A model generated the notes under the pieces. That model searched no databases and was not told the origin of the DNA. It saw nothing but the letters and a program-made list of their open reading frames with translations. Shown one piece after another: positions 1-12,463 of a stretch of 64,000 nucleotides of DNA; position 1 is the stretch's first letter; the number at the start of each line of letters is the position of its first letter. Both the position numbers and the translations under genes were made by a program. Source of the stretch: Vermamoeba vermiformis (taxonomy: Eukaryota); assembly GCA_045837725.1 (NCBI GenBank), contig JBEWZL010000056.1:62001-126000 (forward strand), given 5' to 3'.

Positions 1-534
1 ACATCTCCCGCCTACTGTTATTGTGGAACCAGAAAACAATTTATTATAATTAATAAAATAATTAATTGTAAGGTCTCGATGACGTGAATTCGCCCAGAAA
101 AAGCGACGAACGTACTTACACTTCTGCTAAGAACTTCATTATATCAACGCCATTTTGCGTGCTTGCATGGTTCATGAGATATCAAAGTTGACCGTGTTTG
201 ACCAAACATGAAATTGCACGAAGATAAAATTTTCCATTTCAATCCTCCACGATGAAGAAAGCACAAACTACCGAAGTAAACGGAACTAAAACGAAATCTG
301 GACCCATTGACCATATTAGAAGACGCAACAGGCTTTGGGCGACCAGTAAGTAGCGGATGTTGTCTCGAATTTCATTCAAACTCGCCACACAAAATTTTTA
401 AAAGGAGTAAAATTTGCATCAAACTTTACAATGCTACTCAGATTATTTTACGTATTTTTTCGATATTATTTGTGGCAGAGCAATTTCATTTCATGAACAA
501 ACCAAAAATATTCCATTTTTCGGAAGTGCCTCCG

Positions 535-1238
535 ATGTCTCACTAACACATTGTCATCAAGTCCTCGCTGCCTCAGCAGCCGGAGTAGGATACGCACTGC
601 CCCATTCTTCAATTCTCAATCACTACTCCGTACCTCAGCTTCACTTGATCCAATTCGTCGTCGCGCTCTTATGGACTGGCTTTGTTCTCGCCATTTCCTT
701 CATGGAAGCACCTGTTAAGTTTAGAGCACAATCTTTGCCAAAGAATATCGCTGTAGATGTTGGCCGAACCGTGTTCTGGGCTTTGAACAGGTCAGATCCG
801 ATTAGAATGCTTTAAATCCCGTTATAACTAATGTAATTTTATATGCAGAGTTGAATTGGTCTTCGCTACCGCTGTTGCATTTATTTGTTTCGTAGAGAAT
901 GGTAAATTCACCGTAGAATGATTCGAATCTGACTTACTGACAATACTTTCTTTCAGTCTACCGCATCCAATTATTAGTCCCTGTTGGGTTATTAATTCTT
1001 CAAGTCTTATTATTGCAACCGATCCTTGATAACAGAGCTATTCATTACAATCTCAACGGTACGTCTTACTTAGTCTTATATCGACTCTAAAGTGCTAAAA
1101 TACGCTCAATTATCAGGCGCTCCGCCATCTTCTGGTCATATAATTCATACTGCCTATGTTTTGATCGAAACCACGAAAGTTGCAATGCTGTCTTGGTTCG
1201 CTTGGACTTTCAGCCAACAAATTGTCCAAAAGCTGTAA
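535..1238 (+). CDS. Small multi-pass membrane protein, DUF4149/TMEM205-like; multi-exon, start codon not resolved
   Basis: ORF 414-815 has LWTGFVLAISFMEAPVKFRA...VDVGRTVFWALNR. GT-AG introns then lead to further hydrophobic exons ending at TAA 1236-1238. Confidence 0.55.
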
Positions 1239-1983
1239 CTCCTCGTATAAATACGAATCCTATTAGCATAATAAGACCTTTACTCTTGAGCTAACGATAA
1301 AATAGATAAAATTTTGGCCAAGCAAAATTCTTTAGTTTTTGACCGTTACAAATGAATCAGCAATTAATGACGCAGCAACAGTATCATGCCACATGTGTGT
1401 TTTATTATCGAAAGATACGCGTCGTTGAAAGTTGCAATGCTTTCAAGATTTGCAAGGATGTCTACCGTTGCGCGGTGAGGGTCCTCTCGCTCGTGCAAAC
1501 CGTGTAACACGTTGGACAACGATGGTGGAATATTAACACAGTTATCTAACCAGCTCTTACATTGCTAGGTAAGGCAGTTTTGACTCTAAACCAATCAGCT
1601 TTTTTATCTTTCTTACAAAATTTACAAGGCTAATATTCTTAGCGAAATAATGTTTTTGTGCATGTTTATCAACGCGCACGGGGTGAGAGGAATTTTTTTG
1701 AAGCAAATGTGGACTTTGAGACTCTCACAAGATGCGATCTGCAATGCTAAGCCCGTGCTCACCAATTTTGTCGTTCCGATCGTCAATTACCCATGAAATG
1801 TCGCGATGTTGATGCAGCCGTTATTCCTGACAGGCGAATTTTGCTGGACGAGGCCTCGATCTCGATGAATTTTCTTACAGTTTCCTTCCATATGAACATT
1901 GACAATGTTTGGCACCTGCAACATATAAAAGCCTTCGTTTGTTGCAACATTCATTATTTTATTACATAGCAAATACAAACAAC

Positions 1984-4788
1984 ATGTTGGCGACTTCAAT
2001 CATTTCCAAGCTGAGCACGGAGCAAATCCGAGTTTGGCCTGGCAGATCTTATCCTCTCGGCGCAAGCTGGGACGGTGCTGGCGTTAACTTCGCTCTTTTT
2101 AGCGAGACAGCTGACAAAGTCGAGCTCTGCTTATTCGATAGCGCTAATGACCAGAAAGAAAAACATCGTGTCTTGATGCAATGGAAGGACGACTACGTTT
2201 TCCACTGCTTCTTGCCTGATGCTCGTCCTGGTCAAATTTACGGCTTCAGAGTGCACGGAGAGTACGATCCTTCCAAGGGTAAGCGGCTTTTCTACCACAT
2301 TGCATTTCGAAAAATTTTCAGATTTCGCAAATCTTTTTGTTAATTTCTACGCTTCAAGAAGATATTGATTATCAATTTATTAATAACTAATATTTAAATA
2401 TAGGTCTTCGCTTCAATCATAACAAGGTTTTGGTCGATCCCTACGCCAAGGCAATTGTCAGACACGCAAAATGGCACGACTCCATGTTTTCTTACAAAAT
2501 GGGCAGCGATGACTTTGCTTTTGACGTATGCAATTACATTGAATATTTTCCATCGATAAATCGAATCCGTAATTAACGGTAGAAATTTCTTGCTTTTGCG
2601 CGCTGGATGCGGATTCCTTTTGGAGTTTTGCTAATTTGACAATATTAGGATACTGACAATGCTGCTTACTGTCCCCTCGCAGCTGTCGTTGATGATGCAT
2701 TCACTTGGGGCCACGACTCTCAGTTAAACATTCCCTGGAACAAAACCGTGATCTACGAAACCCACATCCGCTCATTGACCATGACGCATCCAGAAGTGCC
2801 TGAACATTTGCGCGGTACTTACGCTGGTATGTGCTTCGAGCCTATTATCAACCACTTGAAGGATTTGGGCGTCACTGCTGTAGAATTGATGCCAGTGCAC
2901 TATCATATTGACGAGCGAAACCTTGTCGATCAAGGCTTGTGCAACTTCTGGGGCTATAATACTCTTAGTTTCTTCGCGCCCGATAATAGGTATGAATATA
3001 TAGTGCATTTTAAGAGGATATTTCTATCTATTTTGAGACGAATCTAACTTGATCCTCGCAGATACGCTCACACCGACAATCCTCTCGAGGCTGTTTCAGA
3101 ATTCAAGACTATGGTTCGTATTCTCCACAGTCACGGCATTGAAGTCATTCTCGACGTCGTTTACAATCACACTGCCGAAGGAAACCACATGGGTCCTACT
3201 TTCAGCTTCAAGGGCATTGATAACAGAGCTTACTACCGCGCTGTCGAAGGCGACGCTCGATATTACTTCGATTATACTGGTTGCGGTAAGTATTATAAAT
3301 CTAAAACTCATCGCGTACCGGAGATCTGATCTTCCTTTTTAGGCAACTCTTTGAACGTTCGTCATCCTCGTGTTTTGCAACTCATTATGGACAGCTTGCG
3401 TTATTGGATTACTGAAATGCACGTTGACGGTTTCAGATTCGATTTGGCCAGCACTCTCGCTCGTACTTTTTACGAAGTCGATAAATTGGGCGCGTTTTTC
3501 GACATTATCCACCAAGATCCGGTCATCTCTAAAGTGAAGCTCATTGCCGAGCCTTGGGATTTAGGAGATGGTGGCTACCAAGTCGGTAACTTCCCCGTGT
3601 TGTGGACTGAATGGAACGGTCGCTTCCGTGACGGATGCAGATCCTTCTGGAACGGCAAGGGCGTAACTTTGACTGAATTGGCTAACAGATTGGCTGGCAG
3701 TCAAGACCTTTACCAAGACAGTGGTATGTATATAGCCGTTATCTACTTGGAACTAGTGCTAATTTTATCGTGTTAACTAGGTCGTGCTCCATATGCCAGT
3801 ATCAACTTTGTCACTGCTCACGACGGTTTCACATTGTACGATCTCTGCGCGTACAACGACAAGCACAACGAGGCTAACCGCGAAGACAACCGCGACGGCG
3901 CTAATGATAATATGAGCTGGAACTGCGGTGCTGAAGGCGAGACGTCTGACTTTGAGGTCAACGAACTTCGTTGGAGACAACGTGCTAACATGATGGCCAC
4001 CATGTTCTTGTCATTGGTATGTGCATAATAGGCCCCGTTCTTAATAGACAGACACTAATGTTGCGTTAATAGGGTGTCCCTATGATCTCTGGTGGCGACG
4101 AGTTGTCGTTCACTAAAAAGGGTAACAACAACACGTACTGTCAAGACAATGAATTGAACTACTATGATTGGAACATGGAAGACGAGTTCAAGGTCGAGTT
4201 CTTGGACTTCACTAAGCGCTTGATCAGCTTGCGAAAGAGATTCTCCGTCTTGCAACGTCGCAGATTTTTGTCCGGAAACCCAGTTGGTATTTCAGGCTCG
4301 AAGGACATTACTTGGTTCAATCCTTCTGGCGCCGAGTTGTCCAACGATGAGTGGCACTCACCGAGCACGCAATGCATTGGTTATATTATGGAAGGCAGCG
4401 CGATCAACCAAGTTACTGAGCGAGGCAAGGCTGTCGTCGGTGACACTTTGTTGGTTTTGATCAACGCTCAATTCCACGACGTTAAGTTCAGCATTCCCGA
4501 GCACTTCACTAAGAAGCCATGGTAAGTTATGCTCATAGTATTCATAGTATTTTAATTTCGTTGCTTCCACATGTGGATCCGAACAGCTTACTGACAAAAA
4601 TTTTTTCTCTTAGGACTTTGATTTTGACAACGTCCCTTCGTGACAAGGATAAGACTGGTTACCGATACGAAGCTGGTGATGAATTCGATGTGCAACACCA
4701 CAGCTTGGCTTTGTTCATTATCTCAAAGCGAAATTACGGCTCTATGGTGGAACTCACTAGCAGCAGCGAGTGGTTAGAGCTCCATTAA
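1984..4788 (+). CDS. glgX: Glycogen debranching enzyme / isoamylase, bacterial GlgX type (GH13), about 7 introns
   Basis: [60 protein letters not shown], and catalytic motifs [23 protein letters not shown], then [10 protein letters not shown] and [11 protein letters not shown]. Exons are joined by GT-AG introns (e.g. 2279-2403). Confidence 0.95.
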
Positions 4789-4868
4789 AAATACCTGTAA
4801 TAATTAATAAAACAATTACCAACCAGATTTTTTGGTCCAAAAATCAGTTTATTGCCACCAAGCCGTAG

Positions 4869-6162
4869 ATGTCCACTATTGGCACTAAAAGATTGCGAGA
4901 GGATAGTGAGGAGTCTCCGTCCAATAAACGTCTCAAAATTGCAGATTTGGAACCAGATTCAGCATTGTCAGTGTTTCAAATTCCAGAGCTCGTTGAAAAT
5001 ATTGTTAAATATCTTCTAAAAAGTCCCGAAACGATAGTGTTCATATCAAGAATATCAAAGATGTAAGCAAAAATAGAATTGAATTTTTTTATTAGATTTT
5101 TAATAATTATCCAAAGCTAATTCTTTGGTCACAAGGCACTATGATTTAATCCATTGTACTGCAATGTGGATTCGACTTGGATTTTCAGCTATGATTTGTC
5201 CCGAAGAGAAACTCTCTGACAATACCCTTAATTTTTTGTTGGTTGACTTGCGGTTGGAGCTCAATAACGAAAAGATTAGACGGTTGCAATTGCATTCGAT
5301 CATCTTCAAAAGAATACCCAGGTATGAATAAGGACGATATGACTTCTTTTTAATGACTTAGATAGCCCGCAACCCGCAGTTGATTTGGAGGAAGAAGAAA
5401 TGCCGCAATTCATCGCGAATAATTACTTGACGGATGAAGCAGCAATTGTTTTATTGCGAATCATTGAGCGAACATATATCCGCTATTTTACTTTGCGCGA
5501 ACTTGTTGATTGGTTGGAACGAGATCCAGAGGATACAAAAGGTAATAACTCGAAACCAGTTATCTACTAGCTTATTTTTAATGTAGCACTGCGCTGGAGT
5601 TCTCACGGCTCAATCGAGAAACTATTTGACTTCCCAATAAGGAAGTGGGACAATTCCTTAGCAGTTTGCGTACAATACTTTGCCGACGACACTAGAGTGC
5701 CTAACAAAATGACGGACATTCTACAAGCGAGTCGTGTCTCTGAATCACAAGCATTTGTTGGGCGAGTCAAACGCTACACTTTGGCGAACAAAAACAAAAC
5801 ACTCTTGTTTATATATTCTTACTTGGAAGACTGCGAAGGGTTCTCTTCATTCGTCAAAGTACGTTTCTATGGCAGCCAGTAATAGTAACAACGTACTTAT
5901 TATGTTAAAGTTGGACAGATCCACGAACAAGATTGAGTGCTGCGGAGAACTGAAGTACTTCGTGGGAAAGAAATTCGGAGGAGATTTTACCAAGGCGCTT
6001 AATTATTTGTGCGAAGTTGATCGCTCTGGAAGCAGTTGGGGACACGATTACTTGTTTTACAACCAGCTTTGTAATTCGTATTTTAGGGTCACTACTGACA
6101 AGAGATATGCCCCATATGTTGCAGAAGACATCCAGTTCGCTCGTACCAACAAGCTCATATGA
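4869..6162 (+). CDS. Hypothetical protein with N-terminal F-box-like motif, paralog 1 of a tandem pair
   Basis: LSVFQIPELVENIVKYLL...ISRISK. Shares NNYLTDEAAI, IECCG and YLCEVD blocks and intron positions with 6373-7635. Confidence 0.65.
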
Positions 6163-6372
6163 CCACAGTAAAATACTCTTTGTGCAGTAAGGCTACTTCT
6201 CATCGTGTAGTCAATACTTCAAAACATAAAGGACTATTCTTGAGGAACATAATAAAGACGGCTTAATGCGAGAAGTCGTTGTGCGCTGTGTTTGAGCGAA
6301 GAAACGTTTTGGCTTTCCTCGAATTTATACGGACGCCCAAAAGCTTTTTTTATTGTCTTATTCGGAAGCACC

Positions 6373-7635
6373 ATGAGCACTGTTGGAATAAAAAGGTCAA
6401 GAGAAGATAACGAAGAATTCGAACGGAACAAGAAATTCAAACCTGATCAGGACTTGTCTGTGTTTCAAATTCCAGAGCTCTTCGAAAATGTTCTTAAATA
6501 TCTTCTAAGATACCCAAAAATGATATTGCGAATATCCGCGGTATCCAAAATGTAAGTAAAGCGTTGATAACAAAATAATTAATATAATTTAATTATTTTT
6601 CTCAAAGGCATTATAATTTACTTCACAATACTACAACGTGGGTGAGACTAGGATATTCGCCGAAAATAAGCAACGACGAAAAACTGTCGGAGGAAACGCT
6701 CCAACTTCTACTAGCACAGATTCGTCTGAACCAGGAAAACCAAAAGCTTTTGCGACTCCAGAAACGAATGGCAGAATTAAAAAATATTTGTTTCGAGTGA
6801 GTAAATCAAGTATTTACTAATTTTAAACTGCGAACTGACCTTTGCAACCAGCTACTACCAACATCCAGAAATTTCTGTCGATCTGGAGCCAGAAGAAGTA
6901 CCGCACTTTATTTCGAACAATTATTTGACGGACGAAGCAGCTATTGCGCTATTACGCATCATTGAACAAACAATGATAAGACCTTTTTCGCTGAACCAAC
7001 TCGTGCAATGGTTAGAGCAAGATCCGCAGCCACCAGGTACGATTGAAGCCTATTTTTGAAACGTTAATTAATCTATTTGCAGTTAAAACGAAGTCGGATT
7101 GGATAAATGTGGACAAGGAATTGAAATTTCCTTCATACGGAAGTAAAACTGTTACAATGCAATACTACAACAATTATACCGTTCTAAACTCCAATGAAAC
7201 GCAAAATATTTTATCCGTTACACGCGATGAAGAGTCAGTGGAATATTATGGCTACGTCAAGCGACAATTACTCAATACCAACAAAAAAACTATACTGCTG
7301 ATCTCAAGCTCACTACGACCAGAAAGAAAAAACGCCTATTCTTTCATTAAAGTACGTATAAAATAAGCGAGTAGATCCGGAATGACATTTTGACACGTGT
7401 CAAGTTTAACAGATCTGCTAACATGATCGAATGCTGTGGTGATCTGAACATTTACGTGGCTAAAAATTTTGACGGAGATTTAGAACGAGCCATGAAATAT
7501 TTGTGCGAGGTTGATGTAGTAGATACTGCAGCTGAATGGGAAGAATACTATCAGCCCCCTAGCGAGGAGGAAGATACTGAAACACTGTACGCCAAGTATG
7601 TTTCAGAGAATGTGCCATTTGCTCGTTCAATTTGA
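6373..7635 (+). CDS. Hypothetical protein with N-terminal F-box-like motif, paralog 2 of a tandem pair
   Basis: MSTVGIKRSRED...LSVFQIPELFENVLKYLL...ISAVSK, collinear with paralog 1. Confidence 0.65.
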
Positions 7636-7917
7636 ATAAATGATGTTCCGAGTGCAGAGACTGGACATCGCTAAAAACGAGGGCAGATCCATTCGAGTGA
7701 CCAAGCGGAAAGTCCACCGTGTGCCTATTTTGGACTCAGACGGTGAACTCGAGACTACAATCAGCCATTACTTCTTGTTTCAACTACGGATGTGTTCGAG
7801 ATTCGGAGTTCTTGCGTGACCACCATTTACTTTTTAAATCAAGAATGATTTATTCCGAATTTGCAATAATATTGAGCACCACTGGTCATTCTTTGAATTA
7901 ATTACGTTAATCGTGTA

Positions 7918-8879
7918 ATGGAGTACGATTATAATGTCGTTACGAAGAAAAGGAAGCTATATCAGGTAATACAGGCACGAAGACGAATGCATCTGTCGAA
8001 ATTGGACCTAATAATACTATGCCTATTTTAATAATATCGCAATATTTCTTGGAATACGTTGGTCGCTATTAAAGTTAATTTTATTGAATACTGTATTTTT
8101 AAAAATTTTATGTATTTATTTCAGATCACGTAAATTTATTTTCTTGCTAATTATTGGCTTATATAGGATGTCCTGCCTGCAGAAATGATCGAAAATATTG
8201 TTTCTTTGTGTCCTAATCTTATCACGCTTGGATCCTTGGCGTGCACTTGTAAACAGATCAAAAACTTGGTACGCGGATTATATTCAATTACATTTTAAAC
8301 CATCGTAATTAATAATGACCATTAAGGTACATAAAATATTCAGTAAGAACAATATTAGCCTAAAGTTTCACTGGCTAATCGGAGAAAGATTGACGGAACA
8401 AACGGATGTAAAATATTCGCTCAAAGGCAACGGAGATGCAAAGCGAAATATTAGCTATGAAAATGAGTAGGTAAATAGCAATAACAATGAAGTACTAATA
8501 ACGATGTTCTGACAGGACTAGCGATCGGATCGAAACAACTTGGACCCACAAAAGTCAAAAAAAGATTGCAAATCGCTTTAAATTCGCTAGACTATGCACC
8601 AAGCTATTGAATATTATGAATATGAACGATACGACAAAATTCGAAGAAATTATCGACAAGTACCGCGAAGATCCGCTGTTTAACACCAACATCGAAAAAT
8701 TATCATTCGATATTACTATCAATGAGCAAGTGTTTAATTACAAATATGTACATTGCTCTAGAGTATGGGAGTTTAGCCGCGAGAACTCGAGCAACATCCA
8801 CACCGAAAAGAATTTTGAAGAGATAAGCTGGTATACTCTTGATAAATATATGGTACGAAAGCATCATTTACACGTATAA
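7918..8879 (+). CDS. F-box-domain protein (multi-exon)
   Basis: Exon from about 8167 reads DVLPAEMIENIVSLCPNLITLGSLACTCKQI. Candidate first exon MEYDYNVVTKKRKLYQ; last exon ends at TAA 8879. Confidence 0.5.
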
Positions 8880-9966
8880 AATTTATATAGATCATATTGG
8901 ATTACTTTTAATGGCTATCGTACTGATTTTATTTTTGACGATCCAGATCCAGCGATTAAAGTGTGCATTGTGTGCTATTAAAGTGCGAAATTTCTTTGAG
9001 AAAATACCTGACGAGAATACATCAACTAAAATATAATCGATCAATACCTTACAAGTGCAACACCTGCTGAATTTGTATGGATCCGTTTGGATCAGACAAA
9101 AAATCAACTTTATTTGTTCCCAGTACAATTTTAATACGCTTTAATACGAAACTTTTAATAAGAATGTTATCGCTAAGCAGTTTTTTAGCCGGTTGACGAA
9201 TGCAGGTGGGAATCTTCGGATTCAGGTACGATATCACTCTCTTCCTTCTTCGTGGACATCAAGTGCGGTGTGCGGGAGTCTTTATGTTCCCGTAATATAT
9301 TTTAATAATTAAACCACAAATGATCACTTCCGGGTCGACTACTTACTTTTTGGGGTTAAGTTCCCCAAACTCACTTCTGTTCCAGCTCCACTCTACCTTA
9401 TTTTCAGTACTTATTATTTCATTATAAAACGAAATGTCTGGCAGTTGACCAGAAAAAATGAAGCCTTAAAAATCGAGATCGGTACGGATCGTTCCAGAAA
9501 ATTTCGCAGTTCCTCTGGTGTTTAAGCCAATATTATTATTTTCTGTCGACTAAATCTTTGTAACAAGATAACAACAATGAGCAACGTAGCGCAGATTCTT
9601 CAAGCAGGCGACGCCATCACCTTTATGGAAGTAAGTTCAAGAACGAGTGAAAGGGTATAAGCGAAATCTGTTCGCTAATAACTAAAATATAGGCCGGTGT
9701 CAGATCTCCTTATATGGGATTTTGGTTCATTGGGCTTGAAAAATACCAGCAAAAGAATTTTGGTCGGGCAGATGTGTTTTGGAGACGATTTGATTTGTTC
9801 GGTGGCCTTCAAGTAAGAAATATATTATCTTATTTAACAATTTAACAATTAAATTATTTAATCGTTATTCTAAAGGAGTACAAGTTCACAAATGGAGTTT
9901 GGGGATTTGACGCAAAAACGGATTCAGTTCACATTGACATTATTAAAGAACAGTACTCCTACAATA

Positions 9967-10214
9967 TGTAACGTAAGAAATTACCCGTTGAAGACTTTGC
10001 GCGGATTCGCTATTACCCGGATCGCGTAATTGAATAACATTATTTGAATAATCCAATATCCTAATAGGCTAAATAATATTATTAATAATTATATTAGCCT
10101 AAATAATAATCAAAAAGTATAAATACGCTACTCGCGTAGCGAATCTCTTTGTACCTCTCTTTTATATAATAAACAACACATCTCTTTGTTGTAACAGCTT
10201 ATTTATTTGTTACA
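9967..10214 (+). repeat. 5' LTR of the Gypsy element
   Basis: Reads as identical to 20063-20310. TG...CA termini, internal TATAAATA and AATAAA, inverted repeat TAGGCTAA...TTAGCCTA. Confidence 0.97.
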
Positions 10215-10215
10215 T

Positions 10216-10230
10216 TGGTTCCGATAACGG
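10216..10230 (+). promoter_or_regulatory. Primer-binding site, probably for tRNA-Glu
   Basis: TGGTTCCGATAACGG lies 1 nt after the LTR. Its reverse complement CCGTTATCGGAACCA ends in CCA and resembles the TATCGGA acceptor stem of eukaryotic tRNA-Glu. Confidence 0.7.
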
Positions 10231-10863
10231 ATCCTATCCGATTCTTCACGCGACAACACTTTTCAACTCACATCTGACATCCGACATCCGCTGACATGTA
10301 CACTCGTCGAAGACGCACCCGTGGACGTGGCTCTCGAGGAGGGAGACAATCAATCTCTGCCCCGCAATCACCTTTGGTATCTCCTGCTAACAACAATACG
10401 CCCGCTGGATCTTCAGCTGAAAGTCAGGATGAGGCCCCATACGACTTCGCTGAGGGAGGAGAATTTCGTGACGTGCATGGTAATAATGTACATATTCCGC
10501 CGCAACCTCCTGTCAATAACCAGCAAGTTCCGCCTGTTGGAGTGGCTGATCCGAATCCGAATCGAGCGGAGAATGGAATTCTTTTCGACATCCAACGCAC
10601 TCTACATCGGTCAAACCTCGCTATTGAACGTCTCAGTAACCGCTTGGACATATTTGAAGCTCGTATGGATCGACAAGAGACTTTGCTTCATATGGCTCGC
10701 AACGCTGCTCGGAACAACCCGCAACCTGGCCTGGATCAGCAGCAGAGACAACATAATCCTCCTCAACAATCGTTTAGAGTCGAGGACAAGCACTTCCCGC
10801 AAGCAATCAAGCCCTTTACTGGCAATGGTGAACCTTCTGCCGAAGAGTGGATCAAATCCGTGC

Positions 10864-11058
10864 AGCTACAGTGACGCAGCACTTAGCGTATGAATAGGCC
10901 AAGCGGATCGGTTTTTGGCAGCCCTGGTGGAGAAGTCACGTGCGATTCACACCAAAATTGGAAGTTCGAGGAAATAGAAGTGTCGAACGCCAACGCCAAG
11001 ACTACCACAAGGCTCGTATATTTGACAGAGCCTAATATTTATTTGTTAATTTTTTCTT
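10864..11058 (+). repeat. Split direct repeat A1 (195 bp)
   Basis: Matches 15229-15423. Confidence 0.95.
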
Positions 11059-11080
11059 AATTCGGAAATAAATTTCAACG

Positions 11081-12463
11081 ATGACTGCGAGACAATCGTT
11101 TATCCAGAACCTAGTGGAGACACTCAAGACCCCACTACTCTCAAACTGGCCTGAAGCGCGACTCTGGAAGCAAGCTCTGGGATCCGTGAAATGGTCGATC
11201 ATAGATCAGGCTGGGTCAGATGTGGACCAGCTTCGCTTCTTATGCTCCCTGGCGTTGGCGTACTGCTTAGGAGGGGAGTTTGATCAATTGGAGCGCAGTC
11301 CAGCAGTGTCGAAGGAGGAAATCTCTCGGATCTACTCCAAGGCGGCAGATTTAGTGGAGGATCCGGAGCTGTTGCCGTTGTTGGCCCCAGTGACTAAACG
11401 GGTGGAGAATTGGTCGTCCCAGGGACCTCCTCAGCCAGTGGATCGCCCATCGGAGTCTCCTGAGAAGATCAACTCGGATGGCGACCAAGATTCAGAAGAC
11501 TCAGACAGTACTGAAGCGGAGATTGCCCGAGCTGTCCGAGAGTACATGAAGAAGAAGCGCAATAAACGGCAGAAGATCGGAGAGTCTCAACCGAAGACCC
11601 CTGCTACAGCTCCAGCAGTTCAGATCACGGATGTCCCCCCTCCTAGCGCTTTGGCGAAAGACCCTAAGGTGGCGGCGGGTGCTGACGCACTTATCGCCCA
11701 ATTGGAGCTCAAGTTGTCGTCGATGAAATCGCAGTTGGACTCGCTAGCCGGGAGCCTCGTTCCCCAGAGCCCCATCAACAACTTGCTTTTGCCTCAGCCC
11801 TGGGGCCAATCTTTGATCCACGGAACGTCGAAAGCCACCCCTGTTGGTCAACTGGCGGACGTCCAAGCGACAGTCGAGCTGAGGAAGCCAGGCCAGGTCT
11901 ATCTCCCGCGCTGTTTCACCAAGGAGGCATTGGAGAAGAGGTTGCAACCCTCGCAGGCTAAGGTCCCACAGAACGCGGAGGATTATATCCGAGCGTCGTG
12001 GGAAGTCAAGGACCTCCTCGAGAAGGAGGAAGGTTTTGTCGAGCGAGATTACAATGCCTTTGTCCGCTGGATCGTGGAGCTTGGTGATGGCTACGAATGG
12101 CTCTCAGTTATGGCACTGGACGAGCGCCTCAGATCGCTCCAAGCAGTGGGCAAGCTTCGCTGGAAAGACAGGCCCTTGGAGAGCCTCTTCACTACTCTTC
12201 GAGCGCGTCCAATTCATCAACGTGCCGAGGCCAAGCAGGACAACAAGCCCAAGGCCTTTTCAGGCACCAAGAAGAAGAAGGGTGTCTGCTTTGCTTTCAA
12301 CGGTCACAAGGGTTGTTCGAAGAGCTCTGATGCATGCGAGTACTCTCATTCTTGCTCTGACTGTAAGTCCTCCAATCACAATGTCCTTCATTGCTCCAGT
12401 GGCCCAAAAGGCCATCCCGGCAAGACGAGTTCATCGGGCGCGTCTGCGGAGCGCCGGGAGTAG
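11081..12463 (+). CDS. Gag-like ORF1 of the YR retrotransposon
   Basis: 460 aa with a C-terminal Cys/His finger CFAFNGHKGC...CEYSHSCSDC...HNVLHC and a YEWLSVMALDERLR block typical of DIRS/Ngaro gag. Confidence 0.85.
   Translation: MTARQSFIQNLVETLKTPLLSNWPEARLWKQALGSVKWSIIDQAGSDVDQLRFLCSLALAYCLGGEFDQLERSPAVSKEEISRIYSKAADLVEDPELLPLLAPVTKRVENWSSQGPPQPVDRPSESPEKINSDGDQDSEDSDSTEAEIARAVREYMKKKRNKRQKIGESQPKTPATAPAVQITDVPPPSALAKDPKVAAGADALIAQLELKLSSMKSQLDSLAGSLVPQSPINNLLLPQPWGQSLIHGTSKATPVGQLADVQATVELRKPGQVYLPRCFTKEALEKRLQPSQAKVPQNAEDYIRASWEVKDLLEKEEGFVERDYNAFVRWIVELGDGYEWLSVMALDERLRSLQAVGKLRWKDRPLESLFTTLRARPIHQRAEAKQDNKPKAFSGTKKKKGVCFAFNGHKGCSKSSDACEYSHSCSDCKSSNHNVLHCSSGPKGHPGKTSSSGASAERRE

Noticed and set aside
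1984-4788. Bacterial contamination as the source of glgX (and galU)
   Set aside because: Both genes carry multiple GT-AG introns and are flanked by eukaryotic genes.
10321-10893. 190-aa alternative-frame ORF over gag
   Set aside because: Non-ATG start, runs across the insertion junction and has no motif.
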